Positions 1 through 10,967 of a stretch of DNA of 64,000 nucleotides are shown piece by piece. A program made the translations under genes and the position numbers. The notes under the pieces are model-generated. The model made no database searches. It had not been told where the DNA came from and saw only the letters and a list, made by a program, of their open reading frames with translations. The stretch's first letter is position 1. Each line of letters opens with the position of its first letter. The DNA comes from an uncultured Bacillota bacterium (GTDB lineage Bacteria > Bacillota > DTU025 > MWDF01), in the NCBI GenBank assembly GCA_963823655.1, contig CAWGMK010000004.1:64001-128000 (forward strand). The letters are read 5' to 3'.

Positions 1-96
1 GGCGCCGGCCCCGAAGCCGGACCCGGCCCGGATGCCACAAAGAACGGCAAGGCCGACGAGGACGTAATAGACGCCGAGTTCAAGACCGATAAGTAG
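1..96 (+). CDS. dnaK: Chaperone DnaK (Hsp70), C-terminal fragment (gene starts before window)
   Basis: Frame 1 reads GAGPEAGPGPDATKNGKADEDVIDAEFKTDK*, the typical DnaK tail (DVIDAEF); directly upstream of grpE. Confidence 0.85.
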   Translation, partial: GAGPEAGPGPDATKNGKADEDVIDAEFKTDK

Positions 97-117
97 ACTT
101 TAGATGGGTGGTGCCAG

Positions 118-654
118 ATGAAAGACAAGGATAAGGCGGCAGAAGGCGCCGCTCAGCCCGAAGTAGTGTCAGCCGAGGAGGCGTCTCGCATCCTCGGCGA
201 GCTCTCCTCCCAGCTGGATAAGGCAACGCGCGAGGTTAAGGAATACAAGGAAAGCTACCTTCGCGCAAGGGCCGACTACGACAACTTCAAGAAGCGCTCC
301 GAAAGGGACGCAGACGATACGATAAGGCGCGGCAAGGCGGACTTCATGAAGAAAGTGCTCGACGTGATGGACGACCTTGAGAGGGCATCAGGCTCGGGCG
401 CCGACTGCGATAACCTCCGCAAGGGACTTGAGCTTACGATAAAGAAGCTCGCAGGCGTTTTGCAGGCCGAAGGGCTAGTACCGATTGAAGCGCAAGGCAA
501 GCCTTTCGATCCCGCGTTGCATGAGGCGGTTGCCGCAAGCGAAGCGGATGTCGATTGCGAGACCGTGACCGACGAGCTGAGGAAGGGCTACACATACTGC
601 GGAAGCACTATAAGGCCCTCAGTAGTTAGAGTGTCTGTACCTAAGAAGGGCTAG
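118..654 (+). CDS. grpE: Nucleotide exchange factor GrpE
   Basis: YLRARADYDNFKKR, FDPALHEAV and GYTY...IRPSVVRV GrpE motifs. Confidence 0.95.
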   Translation: MKDKDKAAEGAAQPEVVSAEEASRILGELSSQLDKATREVKEYKESYLRARADYDNFKKRSERDADDTIRRGKADFMKKVLDVMDDLERASGSGADCDNLRKGLELTIKKLAGVLQAEGLVPIEAQGKPFDPALHEAVAASEADVDCETVTDELRKGYTYCGSTIRPSVVRVSVPKKG

Positions 655-697
655 ACCAGGGCAAACGGGCGGCATGCCTGATATTCGGATTTCCAGT

Positions 698-745
698 GCG
701 CGGCGCCGCTTGAGCAGATCAGCTTAAGGCGCCGCGCCTTCTTCC
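698..745 (+). terminator. GC-rich intercistronic stem-loop between grpE and dnaJ
   Basis: GCGCGGCGCC (698-707) pairs with GGCGCCGCGC (728-737); inner TTGAGC/GCTTAA pairing; pyrimidine tail CTTCTTCCC. Confidence 0.5.
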
Positions 746-752
746 CTAAGAG

Positions 753-1688
753 GTGATGATTATGAACAAGAACTACTATGAGATCCTGGGCCTGAAAAAA
801 GATGCCGCCGAGAAGGATATCAAGGCCGCATACAGGAAGCTCGCCAGGAAGCACCATCCGGATACCAATCCGGGAGACAAGGCAAGCGAGCTCAAATTCA
901 AGGAAATAAACGAGGCCTACCAGGTACTTAGCGACGCAAAGAAGCGCAAGTACTTCGATAAGTTCGGGCCGCAGTGGGAGCAGATGCTCCAAGCCGGCAT
1001 AGACCCGGACCAGCCCCGCGCATGGGGCGGCGAGGGCAACGGCCCCGGCGGCTTCAGGGTGGAATACGGCGACTCGGGCGGCATCAACCTTGATGACCTG
1101 TTCGGAAACCTGGGCGGCGCGTTCTCAGGCTTCGGGGGTTTCGGCGGCGCAAGAAGGCAGAAGGCGAAGCCCGCAAAGGGCTCTGACATAGAAGCCGGCC
1201 TGACGCTGACACTTGAGGAGGCCGAGATGGGCGGCGAGAAGCCCTTCTCCATGGACTCAGGCTCCGGCGCAAGAAGGATTGAGGTCACCATCCCCAAGGG
1301 CACCAAGGACGGCGCGAAGCTCAAGCTTGCGGGCCAGGGCGCCCAGGGGCCGGCCGGTCCCGGGGACCTGATATTGAAAATCAGCATAGCCGAGCATCCC
1401 CTTTTCAAGGTTGCAGGGGACGATATCAGGCTCGAGTTCGAGGTGCCTGTCGAGGACGCCGTGCTGGGAGCGGAGGCCAAAGTGCCCCTTATGGGCGGCA
1501 GGACTGCCACGCTGACGATACCCGAAGGCACGCAGAACGGCAAAGTGTTCCGCATGAAGGGCGAAGGCCTGACCAAGCGCTCGGGCGGCAAAGGCGACCT
1601 GTTCGCAAGGATCAAGGTAATGCTGCCGGACAAGGCCACAGACGAAATAAAGGCGATATTCAGGCAGCTTAGGAGCAAGGACAAGTAG
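753..1688 (+). CDS. dnaJ: Class II J-domain co-chaperone (DnaJ/CbpA-like, no Zn finger)
   Basis: J domain with HPD, G/F-rich linker, C-terminal domain; no CxxCxGxG repeats. Confidence 0.9.
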   Translation: MMIMNKNYYEILGLKKDAAEKDIKAAYRKLARKHHPDTNPGDKASELKFKEINEAYQVLSDAKKRKYFDKFGPQWEQMLQAGIDPDQPRAWGGEGNGPGGFRVEYGDSGGINLDDLFGNLGGAFSGFGGFGGARRQKAKPAKGSDIEAGLTLTLEEAEMGGEKPFSMDSGSGARRIEVTIPKGTKDGAKLKLAGQGAQGPAGPGDLILKISIAEHPLFKVAGDDIRLEFEVPVEDAVLGAEAKVPLMGGRTATLTIPEGTQNGKVFRMKGEGLTKRSGGKGDLFARIKVMLPDKATDEIKAIFRQLRSKDK

Positions 1689-1719
1689 ATCTGAGCAGGA
1701 ATTTCGGAGGTGAACGGAC

Positions 1720-4291
1720 ATGGCTTTGGAGAAACTGACGGTGAAGGCGAAGGAAGCCATCAACGACGCTTCCAGGCTCGCCTCCGCCAACGGAAATTCA
1801 TATATCGAAACATTACACATCTTAAAGGCGCTCGTATCGCAGGACGATGGCACTACAAAGCCCCTTCTTGCGAAGCTTGGCGCGTCCCCCGACGCCCTGT
1901 TAGGCGCCATAGATGCGGCAATAGCCAAGCTTCCCCGAGTATCCGGCCTTGCCGGCAATTACTTAAGCGAAGAAGCAAACCTGATGCTCCAAAGGGCCGA
2001 GCAGATAGCAGGCAATCTGAAGGATGAGTATGTCAGCACCGAGCACTTCCTGTTGAGCATATCCCAGGGCAGCTCGGACGCAAGCAGGCTGCTTAAAGAG
2101 GCCGGTGCCACTTATGACAGGATACTGGAGGCCCTTAAGGACATCAGAGGCTCGCAGCGCGTGACGGACGAGAACCCCGAGGATAAGTACCAGGCGCTGG
2201 AGAGGTACTCGCGAGACCTAACCGATCTGGCCAAGCGCGGGAAACTGGATCCCGTAATCGGGCGCGACGAAGAAGTGCGCCGCATCATACAGGTGCTTTC
2301 CAGAAGGACCAAGAACAACCCCGTGCTAATAGGCGAGCCCGGCGTCGGCAAGACCGCAGTCGTGGAGGGCCTCGCCCAGAGGATCGTGGCCAAAGACGTA
2401 CCCGAGGGCCTCGCCGACAAGCGCATAATGGCCCTGGACCTGGGCGCAATGCTCGCTGGAGCCAAATACAGGGGCGAGTTCGAGGACAGGCTGAAGGCCG
2501 TGCTCAAGGAGATCCAGGAGAGCGACGGCGGCATTATCCTATTCATCGACGAGCTGCACACGCTAATAGGGGCAGGCGCTGCGGAGGGCGCAATTGACGC
2601 TTCGAACATGCTAAAGCCCGCCCTTTCCAGAGGCGAGCTGCGCACCATTGGCGCCACTACTCTAGATGAGTATCGCAAGCACATTGAAAAGGACGCGGCG
2701 CTGGAGCGCAGGTTCCAGCCCATCTATATAGCCGAGCCCTCTTTGGAGGACTCGATCGCAATCCTAAGGGGCCTCAAGGAGAAGTATGAGCTCCACCACG
2801 GCGTCCGGATCAAGGACAATGCCCTGATCGCAGCCGTGATGCTTTCCTCAAGGTACATCTCCGACCGTTTCCTCCCCGACAAGGCCATCGACCTGATGGA
2901 TGAAGCGGCGGCAAAGCTGAGGACGGAAATCGACTCCATGCCCTCTGACATCGATAAGGTGGAGCGCCGCATACTGCAGCTTGAGATAGAAAAGCAGGCC
3001 ATGTCCAAGGAGACCGACCCGCTTTCCAAAGACAGGCTGGCCAAGATCGTTGAGGAGCTCGCAGGCCTAAAGGAGCAGTCAACCGGCATGAAGGCGCGCT
3101 GGGGCAACGAGAAGGCGCTAATTGCGAAAGTACGCGATGTAAAGGCTCGCATGGAGGATGCCCGGACTAAGGAGCAGCAGGCGGAAAGGTCAGGCGACCT
3201 CGCAAAGGCCGCAGAGCTCAGATACGGGATCGGGCTTGAGCTGAAAGCCGAGCTGGACAGGGCGAATGCCGAGATCACCAACCTCGAAGGAGGGCTGAAA
3301 TACCTGAAGGAGGAGGTCGACGAGGAGGATATCGCATCCGTCGTCGCCCGCTGGACCGGCATTCCGGTGTCCAAGCTCCTGTCAGGAGAGGCCCAGAAGC
3401 TTATAAACCTCGAGGATGTGCTTCGCAAAAGGGTAATCGGGCAGGATGAGGCCCTAAGGATAGTCTCGGACGCAGTAAGGCGCTCCCGCTCAGGCCTGGC
3501 GGATCCAAACAGGCCCATTGGCAGCTTCCTCTTCCTGGGACCAACAGGCGTGGGAAAGACCGAGCTTGCTAGGGCGCTGGCCGAATTCCTCTTCAATGAG
3601 GAGAAGGCCATGGTCAGGATCGATATGTCCGAATACCAGGAAAGGCACACGGTCGCAAGGCTCATAGGGGCTCCTCCCGGCTATGTGGGTTATGAGGAGG
3701 GCGGCCAGCTGACCGAGGCCGTGCGAAGAAGGCCTTACTCGGTAATCCTTTTCGACGAGGTCGAGAAGGCGCACCCGGAGGTGTTCAATGTTCTTTTGCA
3801 GCTTCTAGACGACGGAAGGCTCACGGACGGCCAGGGCCGCACCGTTGACTTCAGAAACTCGGTAGTGATCATGACATCCAATCTCGGCTCCGACATACTT
3901 GCCCAAAGCCGCGGCGACGAAGGCAGGGCCATGGTAATGGAGCAGCTGAGGCAGTTCTTCAGGCCGGAGTTTCTAAACAGGCTGGACGAGATTATCATGT
4001 TCAACAACCTCGACAGGTCTGCCATGGATTCAATAGTCGCAATGCAGCTTGCAAGGCTTAAGATCAAGGCTGACTGACAAGGGTGTAGAGCTGGAATGGA
4101 CGGCTGATGCGGTAAGCAAGCTGGCCGATGAAGGCTTTGACCCTGCATACGGTGCGCGCCCTCTGAAAAGGGCCATACAGAGGTCCGTCGAGAACCCCCT
4201 GGCAATGAAGATGCTCGACGGCACCATCAAGCCGAATTTGCCAGTAAGCCTTGCGCTGGACGAGGGCGGCAAGTTAACTTTCAGGCAATAG
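1720..4291 (+). CDS. clpB: ATP-dependent disaggregase ClpB (one frameshift near 4070)
   Basis: Two Walker A motifs ([16 protein letters not shown]), long coiled-coil middle domain; C-terminus [13 protein letters not shown] continues in ORF 4049-4291. Confidence 0.95.
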
Positions 4292-4299
4292 CGGCTATC

Positions 4300-4338
4300 A
4301 GGGCTTTCCCCCCCAATCAAAGGGAAGGCCCTTTTTTT
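4300..4338 (+). terminator. Rho-independent terminator of the chaperone operon
   Basis: AGGGCTTTCCC / GGGAAGGCCCT stem followed by T7. Confidence 0.85.
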
Positions 4339-4544
4339 AAAACTTCACCTGGCGGAACCAGATCCTGCAAACGAAGGAATAATAATGACCGTTAACGGCA
4401 GAATAGACCAAGCAACAAAATGACACAATATTAGAGCCACTTCAGAACATCGCCTGAACTATAAAGGCCGAACAAAGACATTTATCGGAGCGACAAAAGA
4501 AATAGAGAATGTGCGTCGCTCATACTCACTTAGCTGGTCATTAT

Positions 4545-4595
4545 TAGTGCGCCGCCGGAGGCTCGAACTCGAACCCACTGCTTAGTAGCCAGTTG
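4545..4595 (-). pseudogene. Degenerate 3' half of a tRNA, resembling tRNA-Arg(UCU); possible att-site relic
   Basis: Minus strand CAACTG-GCTACTAA-GCAGT-GG...GTTCGAG-CCTCC-GGCGGCGCACTA resembles anticodon arm, T-loop and acceptor end (cf. ...CAACTGCCTTCTAAGCAGTGGGTC...GTTCGA...GCGCACCA); no 5' half. Confidence 0.55.
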
Positions 4596-4691
4596 GCGAG
4601 CTGTCTTCCGTCCGCACCAGTTTATCTAATGCTGTTATTGCAAATTCTTGTATGTACATCTCTTACCATAAGAGTTGAATAGGATGCTCCA

Positions 4692-5531
4692 TTATATGCC
4701 TCTTGAATTATCTGTTTCATCACCAGAGTATGAAGCCAGCCCATCTATCCAACTTTCAATAGTAGTATGCCAAATAGTCCAATTCCTAACAGACTTCGAA
4801 ATTCTGAACACTTCCGTTTCAAAAAAACTGACTATTCTATCCTCTTCTAACCCCTTCTCTTCTAAAACCCTCACAAGCTCCTTAAGAAGCCCAATTCCCT
4901 TAGCATCATCCCAATAGTAAAACCTATTCTTGCAGATGCCTTTTGCATAATGAATTTTCGCATATATTGGACCTTTCCTGCTGATTACAATAATTCCAGG
5001 TATCTTTGAAAGGAATTGTTCAACCGATTCATTTACAAGTTGACCGTCTTCTCCATATCTAAGATATGCATTTCTCCCCTTGTTTAGAGCTTCAATTATC
5101 TCTTCCATTTTATACTTTTGAACAAGCTTTTTTGCTTCTGCTTTTCCGACTTCATTAAGTGTATATGGAGATATCATTCTCTCAATATGCTCAATTAGCA
5201 AATTCGCTGATTGCTCCTTGATTTTTCTAACCCCATATGCCATTCGAAAAGCATCTTAAGCTGTTCTCTTCTCTCTTCAATTCCTCCATTTGCTTGCGTT
5301 GCTTCTCAATGGTTATGTTTTCATCGAGAAATTCAGCATTTTCCCCAAATTACACTGATCACAGCTTGTTATCAAGTTTAGTATTTCATTAGATCCGCTT
5401 TTAGCGACAGGAACCATATGATCAACGTGTAAAATAGCTTCCGGGGCTTTTCTTCCACAGTACTGACACGTGAATTTGTCTCGCTTGAACACTTCAAAGC
5501 GTGTTTTTTTGCTTAGTGGTTTTCTCGCCAA
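4692..5531 (-). CDS. HNH endonuclease with coiled-coil and helical C-terminal region (about three frameshifts join ORFs 5313-5603 and 4692-5243)
   Basis: RFEVFKRDKFTCQYCG...HVDHMVP...GSNEILNLITSCDQCNLGK; GGAGG RBS before TTG at 5531; bridging frames give IEKQRKQMEEL/ERREQLKMLFEW; AT-rich. Confidence 0.75.
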
Positions 5532-6283
5532 TTTGCATCCTCCATATGTTACTCGCCAGCTGAGCCAAATCAGGCCATTATCTCGATAGGCAAGATACTT
5601 CATTTCTACGTTTCGTCTTCAATGAGGGATTTCCTACCTGCCTTTGCTAATTTTACTATCTACTTCAAGTATATTTTATTGCGCTTCATCAACAAACCCT
5701 ACTACATGCACTCACTGTCCTTTGCTATGCACTTTTAATGCCACTCTTATTGAGTTGGCACATTTTGCTCTTTAGTGTCTTGACCTCTAGCCTAATTATC
5801 CAAATAGTGTGTTCTTCATCCTTACTGTCTTCGCATCAGTAATCCTGATACATTCCCTTGTTCCCTTTTCTGACGTTTTTATAGGCCACTTACTTCATCA
5901 GACTACTCAAATAAGAACCATACCTGGTGATATGTCAGGCCGTTTACTTTAGGCCACATCAAGCCGATCAATACAACTTGACCTCCTCAAAATAGGCATC
6001 TTTATGTGAGGTATCTCCCGTAATGAAGTTATGGCCAATCACATCGGGTATAAGTCCATTCGACTTACTATGGACTTTTGAACCTTTTTCACTATATCTA
6101 TCAATTTCTGGGCATCCTCTTTGAATGCTGACTGCAATGTGATTCTCTTTTCGCTGTTCACTCCTTGCTATCTCATATCAGATTACGTGAAAGAAGGAAT
6201 ATTAGGCCGTACGGGTGAAGGTGTCCTTTCCTGCTTCGTTGAAGTATATTGGATATAGATGGACAGCTAAGGAGTGATGCATC

Positions 6284-7638
6284 TTGAGGATGAAAGCCTT
6301 TGTGCCGATTGCGCTGGCATTGACACTAGCCCTGTTCCTGTCGCCCGCTTCGGCTTTCAATTATGACCTGAGCTTCTGGCTTTCCAGATCGCCCAGATCA
6401 TATGACCTGCTTGCGGACAAGCAGAAGGTTGCTGAGATCAATAATCAGATACAAAAGGCCGCAGCGACAGGCATAGTGGATCTTCTGGGATACCCTCAGG
6501 ATATCGACGGCTTCTCGATTACCGGATACCTGGCGCAGCCAACGCTTCCAAACGAACTTTTCCTTGCGGATGGCTCTGCGGCGCCTGCCGGGGCAATAAC
6601 GCAGATAATGGCCAAGTTCAAGCTGGAAAACGTTCCGGCCTGGGCGAGAGTTAGATTCGGCGTCGCTGTTACGAAATCAGACTTAAGGGTGCTTCCCGCA
6701 GCCGACAGGCTCTTTAACAAGCGCATGGGCGGCGTGGATGTCCTGCAGGCAGGACGCCTGCTGCCGGGCGAGCCCGTCGTCATACTGACTGAGACCACGG
6801 ATAAGACCTGGTTCTTCGTCCAGACGGCGAGGCAGCGCGGCTGGGTCGCCTCGATGCAAATAGCGCTGGCCTTCACAAGGGAGCACTGGCTCTCTTATGC
6901 GGCCTCGGATGAGTATCTTATCGTTACCGCCCCCTCCCTCTTCCTGGAGCAGGATTTGGGCTCGCAGGCGCCGTCGCTGATGGAGCTTCCGATGGGCACA
7001 AGGCTTCCCCTGGTGCCGGAATCCGCTATCCCCGATGCCGTGAAGAACCGCGGGACGTCGGACAGCTATGTTGTGCTGCTCCCTTCAAGAAGGGTGGACG
7101 GCAAGCTCAATGTGACGCCGACACTAATACCCAGGACTTCAGATGTATCCAATGGGATATATGGCGCTGTCGGGAGAAAATATTCTCAAAGCAGGCGATG
7201 AAGCTGGTGGGCACCAAGTACGGCTATAAGGGCTCCTCCGGAAGGGACCCTTACTTGCTGTTATCCGATGTCTTCCGCTGCATGGGCCTGGAGATGCCGC
7301 TGACTTCGACCGGCTACGATTCGCTTCCCTTCGCGTCGCTAAGCATCAAAGGCACAGCAGCCGATCTAAAGCTTTTAGCCTTCAGGAAGGCCGTGCCCGG
7401 CAGCATAATAATGCTCGACAACGGCCCCTCGATATACCTTGGCCAGTACGGCGAGGATGTCTATACGATAGCGGCCCTTGCCGAAGTGAGGATGCCGTCG
7501 AAGGCCAAGAACTCATTCGAACTGGTGAACATCCCCTTCAACGGGGTAAGCCTCATAGCTTTGAAGAGCGTCTATTCGGAGACGGGCAATGATTACTTCA
7601 CCGAGGCCCGTTTCCTGATGGAGCCCATATTGAAGTAA
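6284..7638 (+). CDS. Secreted SH3-domain / NlpC-P60-fold protein, catalytic residues apparently lost (frameshifts near 7155-7190)
   Basis: Signal peptide; SH3-like LLPGEPVVIL...WFFVQT...GWV and LPMGTRLPL; NlpC-like QAMKLVGTKYGY...RDPY..SDVFRCMG.EMP. Confidence 0.7.
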
Positions 7639-7657
7639 CTTCCCACATAATAAAATC

Positions 7658-7703
7658 AGCAGGTGCCCGCAACATCGAAAGTGTCGCGGGCACCCTGCTT
7701 TTT
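7658..7703. terminator. Terminator between convergent genes
   Basis: AGCAGGTGCCCGC / GCGGGCACCCTGCT inverted repeat with T-run. Confidence 0.8.
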
Positions 7704-7718
7704 AGAGCCCTTTGATTC

Positions 7719-8378
7719 TTAAGGATTCATATCCCTGTGTTCTCCGGTTACGTGATAGATGACCCATTCGCTGATATTGGTCGCATGGTCTGCGATCCTC
7801 TCCAGGAACCAGACCACGAACATGAAATTGATTATCTGCACCATCTGCCCCGGCATCTCGAAGGCATAGGTGAAAAGCTCCCGCATCAGGGCGTCTCTCA
7901 GATCATCCACCATGTCGTCCGCTTTGCAGGTATCCTCGGCGAGGACTACATCCTCCCTGACATACGCGTCCAGGCTGCCCCTTACCATATCGAGCGCCAT
8001 GCCGCTCATCCTCGGTATGTCTATGAGCTTCTTTATGTAGCGCTCGTCTTTCAGCTTTATTGCCACCTTCGCGATGTCTACCGCGTGATCGCCCAGCCTC
8101 TCAAGGTCCGTTGCGATCTCGTTTGCCGCAAGCACTTCCCTAAGATCCCTTGCCAGCGGCTGCTGCGTGGCTATGATCCTCGCGCACATGTCCTCTATCG
8201 CAAGCTTCATCGAATCGGCAATGTCGTCCTCATCGATTATCCTCTGCGCCAACGCCGCGTCCTGTTTGGCAAGGGCATTGACGGCGTCGGAAATGCTCCT
8301 TTCCACCTGTGCGCCCATCCTCAGTATCTGCTCGTGCAGCTGTCCCATCTCTGCGTCGAAATGTGTCCTTGAGCTCAT
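7719..8378 (-). CDS. phoU: Phosphate signalling protein PhoU
   Basis: Two PhoU repeats (QQPLARDLR, DLERLGDHA, LERIADHATNI). Confidence 0.95.
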   Translation of the reverse strand: MSSRTHFDAEMGQLHEQILRMGAQVERSISDAVNALAKQDAALAQRIIDEDDIADSMKLAIEDMCARIIATQQPLARDLREVLAANEIATDLERLGDHAVDIAKVAIKLKDERYIKKLIDIPRMSGMALDMVRGSLDAYVREDVVLAEDTCKADDMVDDLRDALMRELFTYAFEMPGQMVQIINFMFVVWFLERIADHATNISEWVIYHVTGEHRDMNP

Positions 8379-8396
8379 CGCCGTTCCCCTCCCTGA

Positions 8397-9170
8397 TCAA
8401 CCGAACCTTCCGGTTATGTAGTCTTCTGTCCTCTTATCCGCGGGCTTGTGGAATATGCCGTAGGTGGGCCCTTCCTCGATTATCTCGCCGTTTAGGAAGA
8501 AGGCCGTCCTGTCCGAAATGCGCCCTGCCTGCTGCATGTTGTGCGTGACGATGATAATCGTATATTCCTTCTTCAGCTCGCCTATTAGCTCCTCTATCCT
8601 GCCCGTCGACAAAGGGTCCAGCGCCGAAGTGGGCTCGTCCATCAAAATAACATCGGGCCCTACTGCAAGCGTCCTTGCTATGCAAAGCCTCTGCTGCTGC
8701 CCTCCTGATATGCCAAGGGCCGGCTTTCTCAGCCTGTCCTTCATCTCGTCCCAGAGGGCGGCGCTTTTAAGGCTTCTTTCCACTATCTCATCCAGCTCGG
8801 CCCTGCCTTTTGTACCGTGCACCCTGGGTCCGTATGCCACATTGTCATATACGGACATCTGGAACGGGTTGGGCTTCTGGAAGACCATGCCCACCTTGCG
8901 CCTCAGCTCCGTAACGTCGTAACCGGGGCTGTAAATGTCCTCGCCGTCTACTTCGATCAGGCCCTCGACCCTCGCTTCGGGTATGAGGTCGTTCATGCGG
9001 TTTATCGTACGCAGAAACGTCGATTTGCCGCAGCCCGACGGCCCTATCAGGGCAAGCACCGAGCTTTTCGCCACATTCAGGTTTATGCGGTTCAAAGCGC
9101 ACATGGTATCGTAACAGAACCTGAGCCCCTCGGCTTTTACCATGGGGCGGGCGATTTCCATCTGCTGCAA
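8397..9170 (-). CDS. pstB: Phosphate ABC transporter ATPase
   Basis: [24 protein letters not shown]-terminal YITGRFG. Confidence 0.97.
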   Translation of the reverse strand: MQQMEIARPMVKAEGLRFCYDTMCALNRINLNVAKSSVLALIGPSGCGKSTFLRTINRMNDLIPEARVEGLIEVDGEDIYSPGYDVTELRRKVGMVFQKPNPFQMSVYDNVAYGPRVHGTKGRAELDEIVERSLKSAALWDEMKDRLRKPALGISGGQQQRLCIARTLAVGPDVILMDEPTSALDPLSTGRIEELIGELKKEYTIIIVTHNMQQAGRISDRTAFFLNGEIIEEGPTYGIFHKPADKRTEDYITGRFG

Positions 9171-10010
9171 CTACTTTCCACCTCTTCCCTGCGCCCGGGC
9201 AGCGAATGCCTCGGATACCAGGTTTAAAACCAGCACCAGGACCACAAGCACCAAAGCCGTGGCGAAGGCGCCATCTACCGATAAGCCCTCATGGGCCAAC
9301 ATATAAAGATGCATTGACAGAGTCCTTCCCGAATCCATAATCGATTTTGCGGCCATATCCGAAGAGCCCAGCGTGAACATCAAAGCTGCCGTCTCGCCGA
9401 CTACCCTTCCGATCGCAAGGACTACTCCCGACATGATCCCAGGGATCGCGGGCCTCAGGACTACGCCTTTTATCGACTGCCACTTGGTGGCGCCAAGAGC
9501 CAGGCTTCCCTCCCTGAATGAGCGCGGCACCGACTTGAGCGCCTCCTCCGTGGTCCTCATTATCGTCGGCAGCACTACAATGGAGGCTGTCAGCGCGCCG
9601 TTCGCCAAAGACCAGCCCAGGCCCAGGAGCTTCCCGAAGAAGACGAGGCCGAAGAGCCCGAAGACTATGGACGGCACGCTTGCCAGGTTCTCCGTCGCCG
9701 TCCTGATCAGCTTCACTACCAGGCCTTCTTTTGTGTATTCGTTCAGGTAGATGGCGGCCATTATGCCAAGAGGCAGGGCCACCACCAGCGTAAGCACAAC
9801 CAGATAAATGGTGTTTAGCATCATGGGCCATAGGCCGACTGCCAGGACGTCGTCCGGGTCGCCCGCTATAAGCTTCCAGTTGAGCGCGGGAAGCGCCCTT
9901 ACTGCGATATAGCCGATGATGACGATAAGTGACGCCACGGTAACCAGGGCAAGCGCCGTGATCAGGCCGAAGGCCAGCTTCTCCTGCGTTTTCCTTCTGT
10001 CTGCCATCAC
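9171..10010 (-). CDS. pstA: Phosphate ABC transporter permease PstA
   Basis: LASVPSIVFGLFG, EAA loop REGSLALGATKW, GETAAL. Confidence 0.93.
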   Translation of the reverse strand: MMADRRKTQEKLAFGLITALALVTVASLIVIIGYIAVRALPALNWKLIAGDPDDVLAVGLWPMMLNTIYLVVLTLVVALPLGIMAAIYLNEYTKEGLVVKLIRTATENLASVPSIVFGLFGLVFFGKLLGLGWSLANGALTASIVVLPTIMRTTEEALKSVPRSFREGSLALGATKWQSIKGVVLRPAIPGIMSGVVLAIGRVVGETAALMFTLGSSDMAAKSIMDSGRTLSMHLYMLAHEGLSVDGAFATALVLVVLVLVLNLVSEAFAARAQGRGGK

Positions 10011-10949
10011 CTGCGCCCCCTTCCTGAAACCGCCCTCACGGCGAGGTTTATGATCATGATGAAGACGAACAGGACGGCAGCTGCCGCAAACAATGCCGAA
10101 TAGTGCAGGGTGCCAGGCCTAACATAGCCCATCTCAAGAGCGATGTTCACCGTAAGCGTCCTAACTGCCGATAGAATGCCAGACGGCATGCTCGGTATGT
10201 TTCCGGCAACTAGTATCACTGCCATCGTCTCACCGACCGCCCTGCCTACTGCAAGCACGATTGAGGCCATGATCCCCGACTTTGGCGGCGGGAAGCAGAA
10301 CCTTGAAGAGCGTCTGGAACCTGGTTGCGCCCAAAGCCAGGCTCGCATGCCTGTAATCCTCAGGCACTGCCCTGATGGCGGCCTCCGAGACGCTTATTAT
10401 CGTCGGCAAAATCATGATTGCCAGCACAAGCGACGCGGAAAGCACGCTCATTCCCGTGCCCCCTATGAGCCTCACCGCCGGCACTATCACCATAAGGCCG
10501 AAGAAGCCGTAAACAACAGAGGGAATGCCCGCTAAAAGCCCCGCTGCCCTGCGCATAAGCGATTCTGCCCACTTGGGCGACAGTTCCGCGGCGAATATGG
10601 CGGACGCAAGCCCTATCGGCACTCCAATTAAAAGCGAAAGTGACGTCACAAGAAGGCTCCCGGTGATCATTGGAAGCAGCCCGAACTTCGGGTTCGACGC
10701 GGTGGGCCTCCATGACCTGCCGGTTATCATCTTGATTAGCCCCTGCTCTTTGATTGCCGGGTACGCCTCCTTGAAAACCATGGCAGTTATCAAGACAATG
10801 GCTGCCACCGAAAGGAAGGCACATATTGCCAGCAGATACTCCACCGGCCTGTCCTTCCTTCCGAAGAGGCTTCCTCTAAGGCGCCACCTATTCAATTCCG
10901 AAGGGGCCTTTTCACAGGCCCCCGGGCTAATGCCCATGTTATCTGGCAT
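10007..10949 (-). CDS. pstC: Phosphate ABC transporter permease PstC (frameshift near 10275; start uncertain)
   Basis: LAGIPSVVYGFFG, ASLALGAT; GRAVGETMAV in ORF 10007-10348. Confidence 0.92.
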
Positions 10950-10967
10950 CGTTATGGCTTCCCTACC

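Noticed and set aside
917-3665. Long antisense ORFs (e.g. 917-1684, 2724-3665, also 12099-13100, 42629-43498)
   Set aside because: Shadow frames of GC-rich genes on the opposite strand; no RBS or recognisable motifs.
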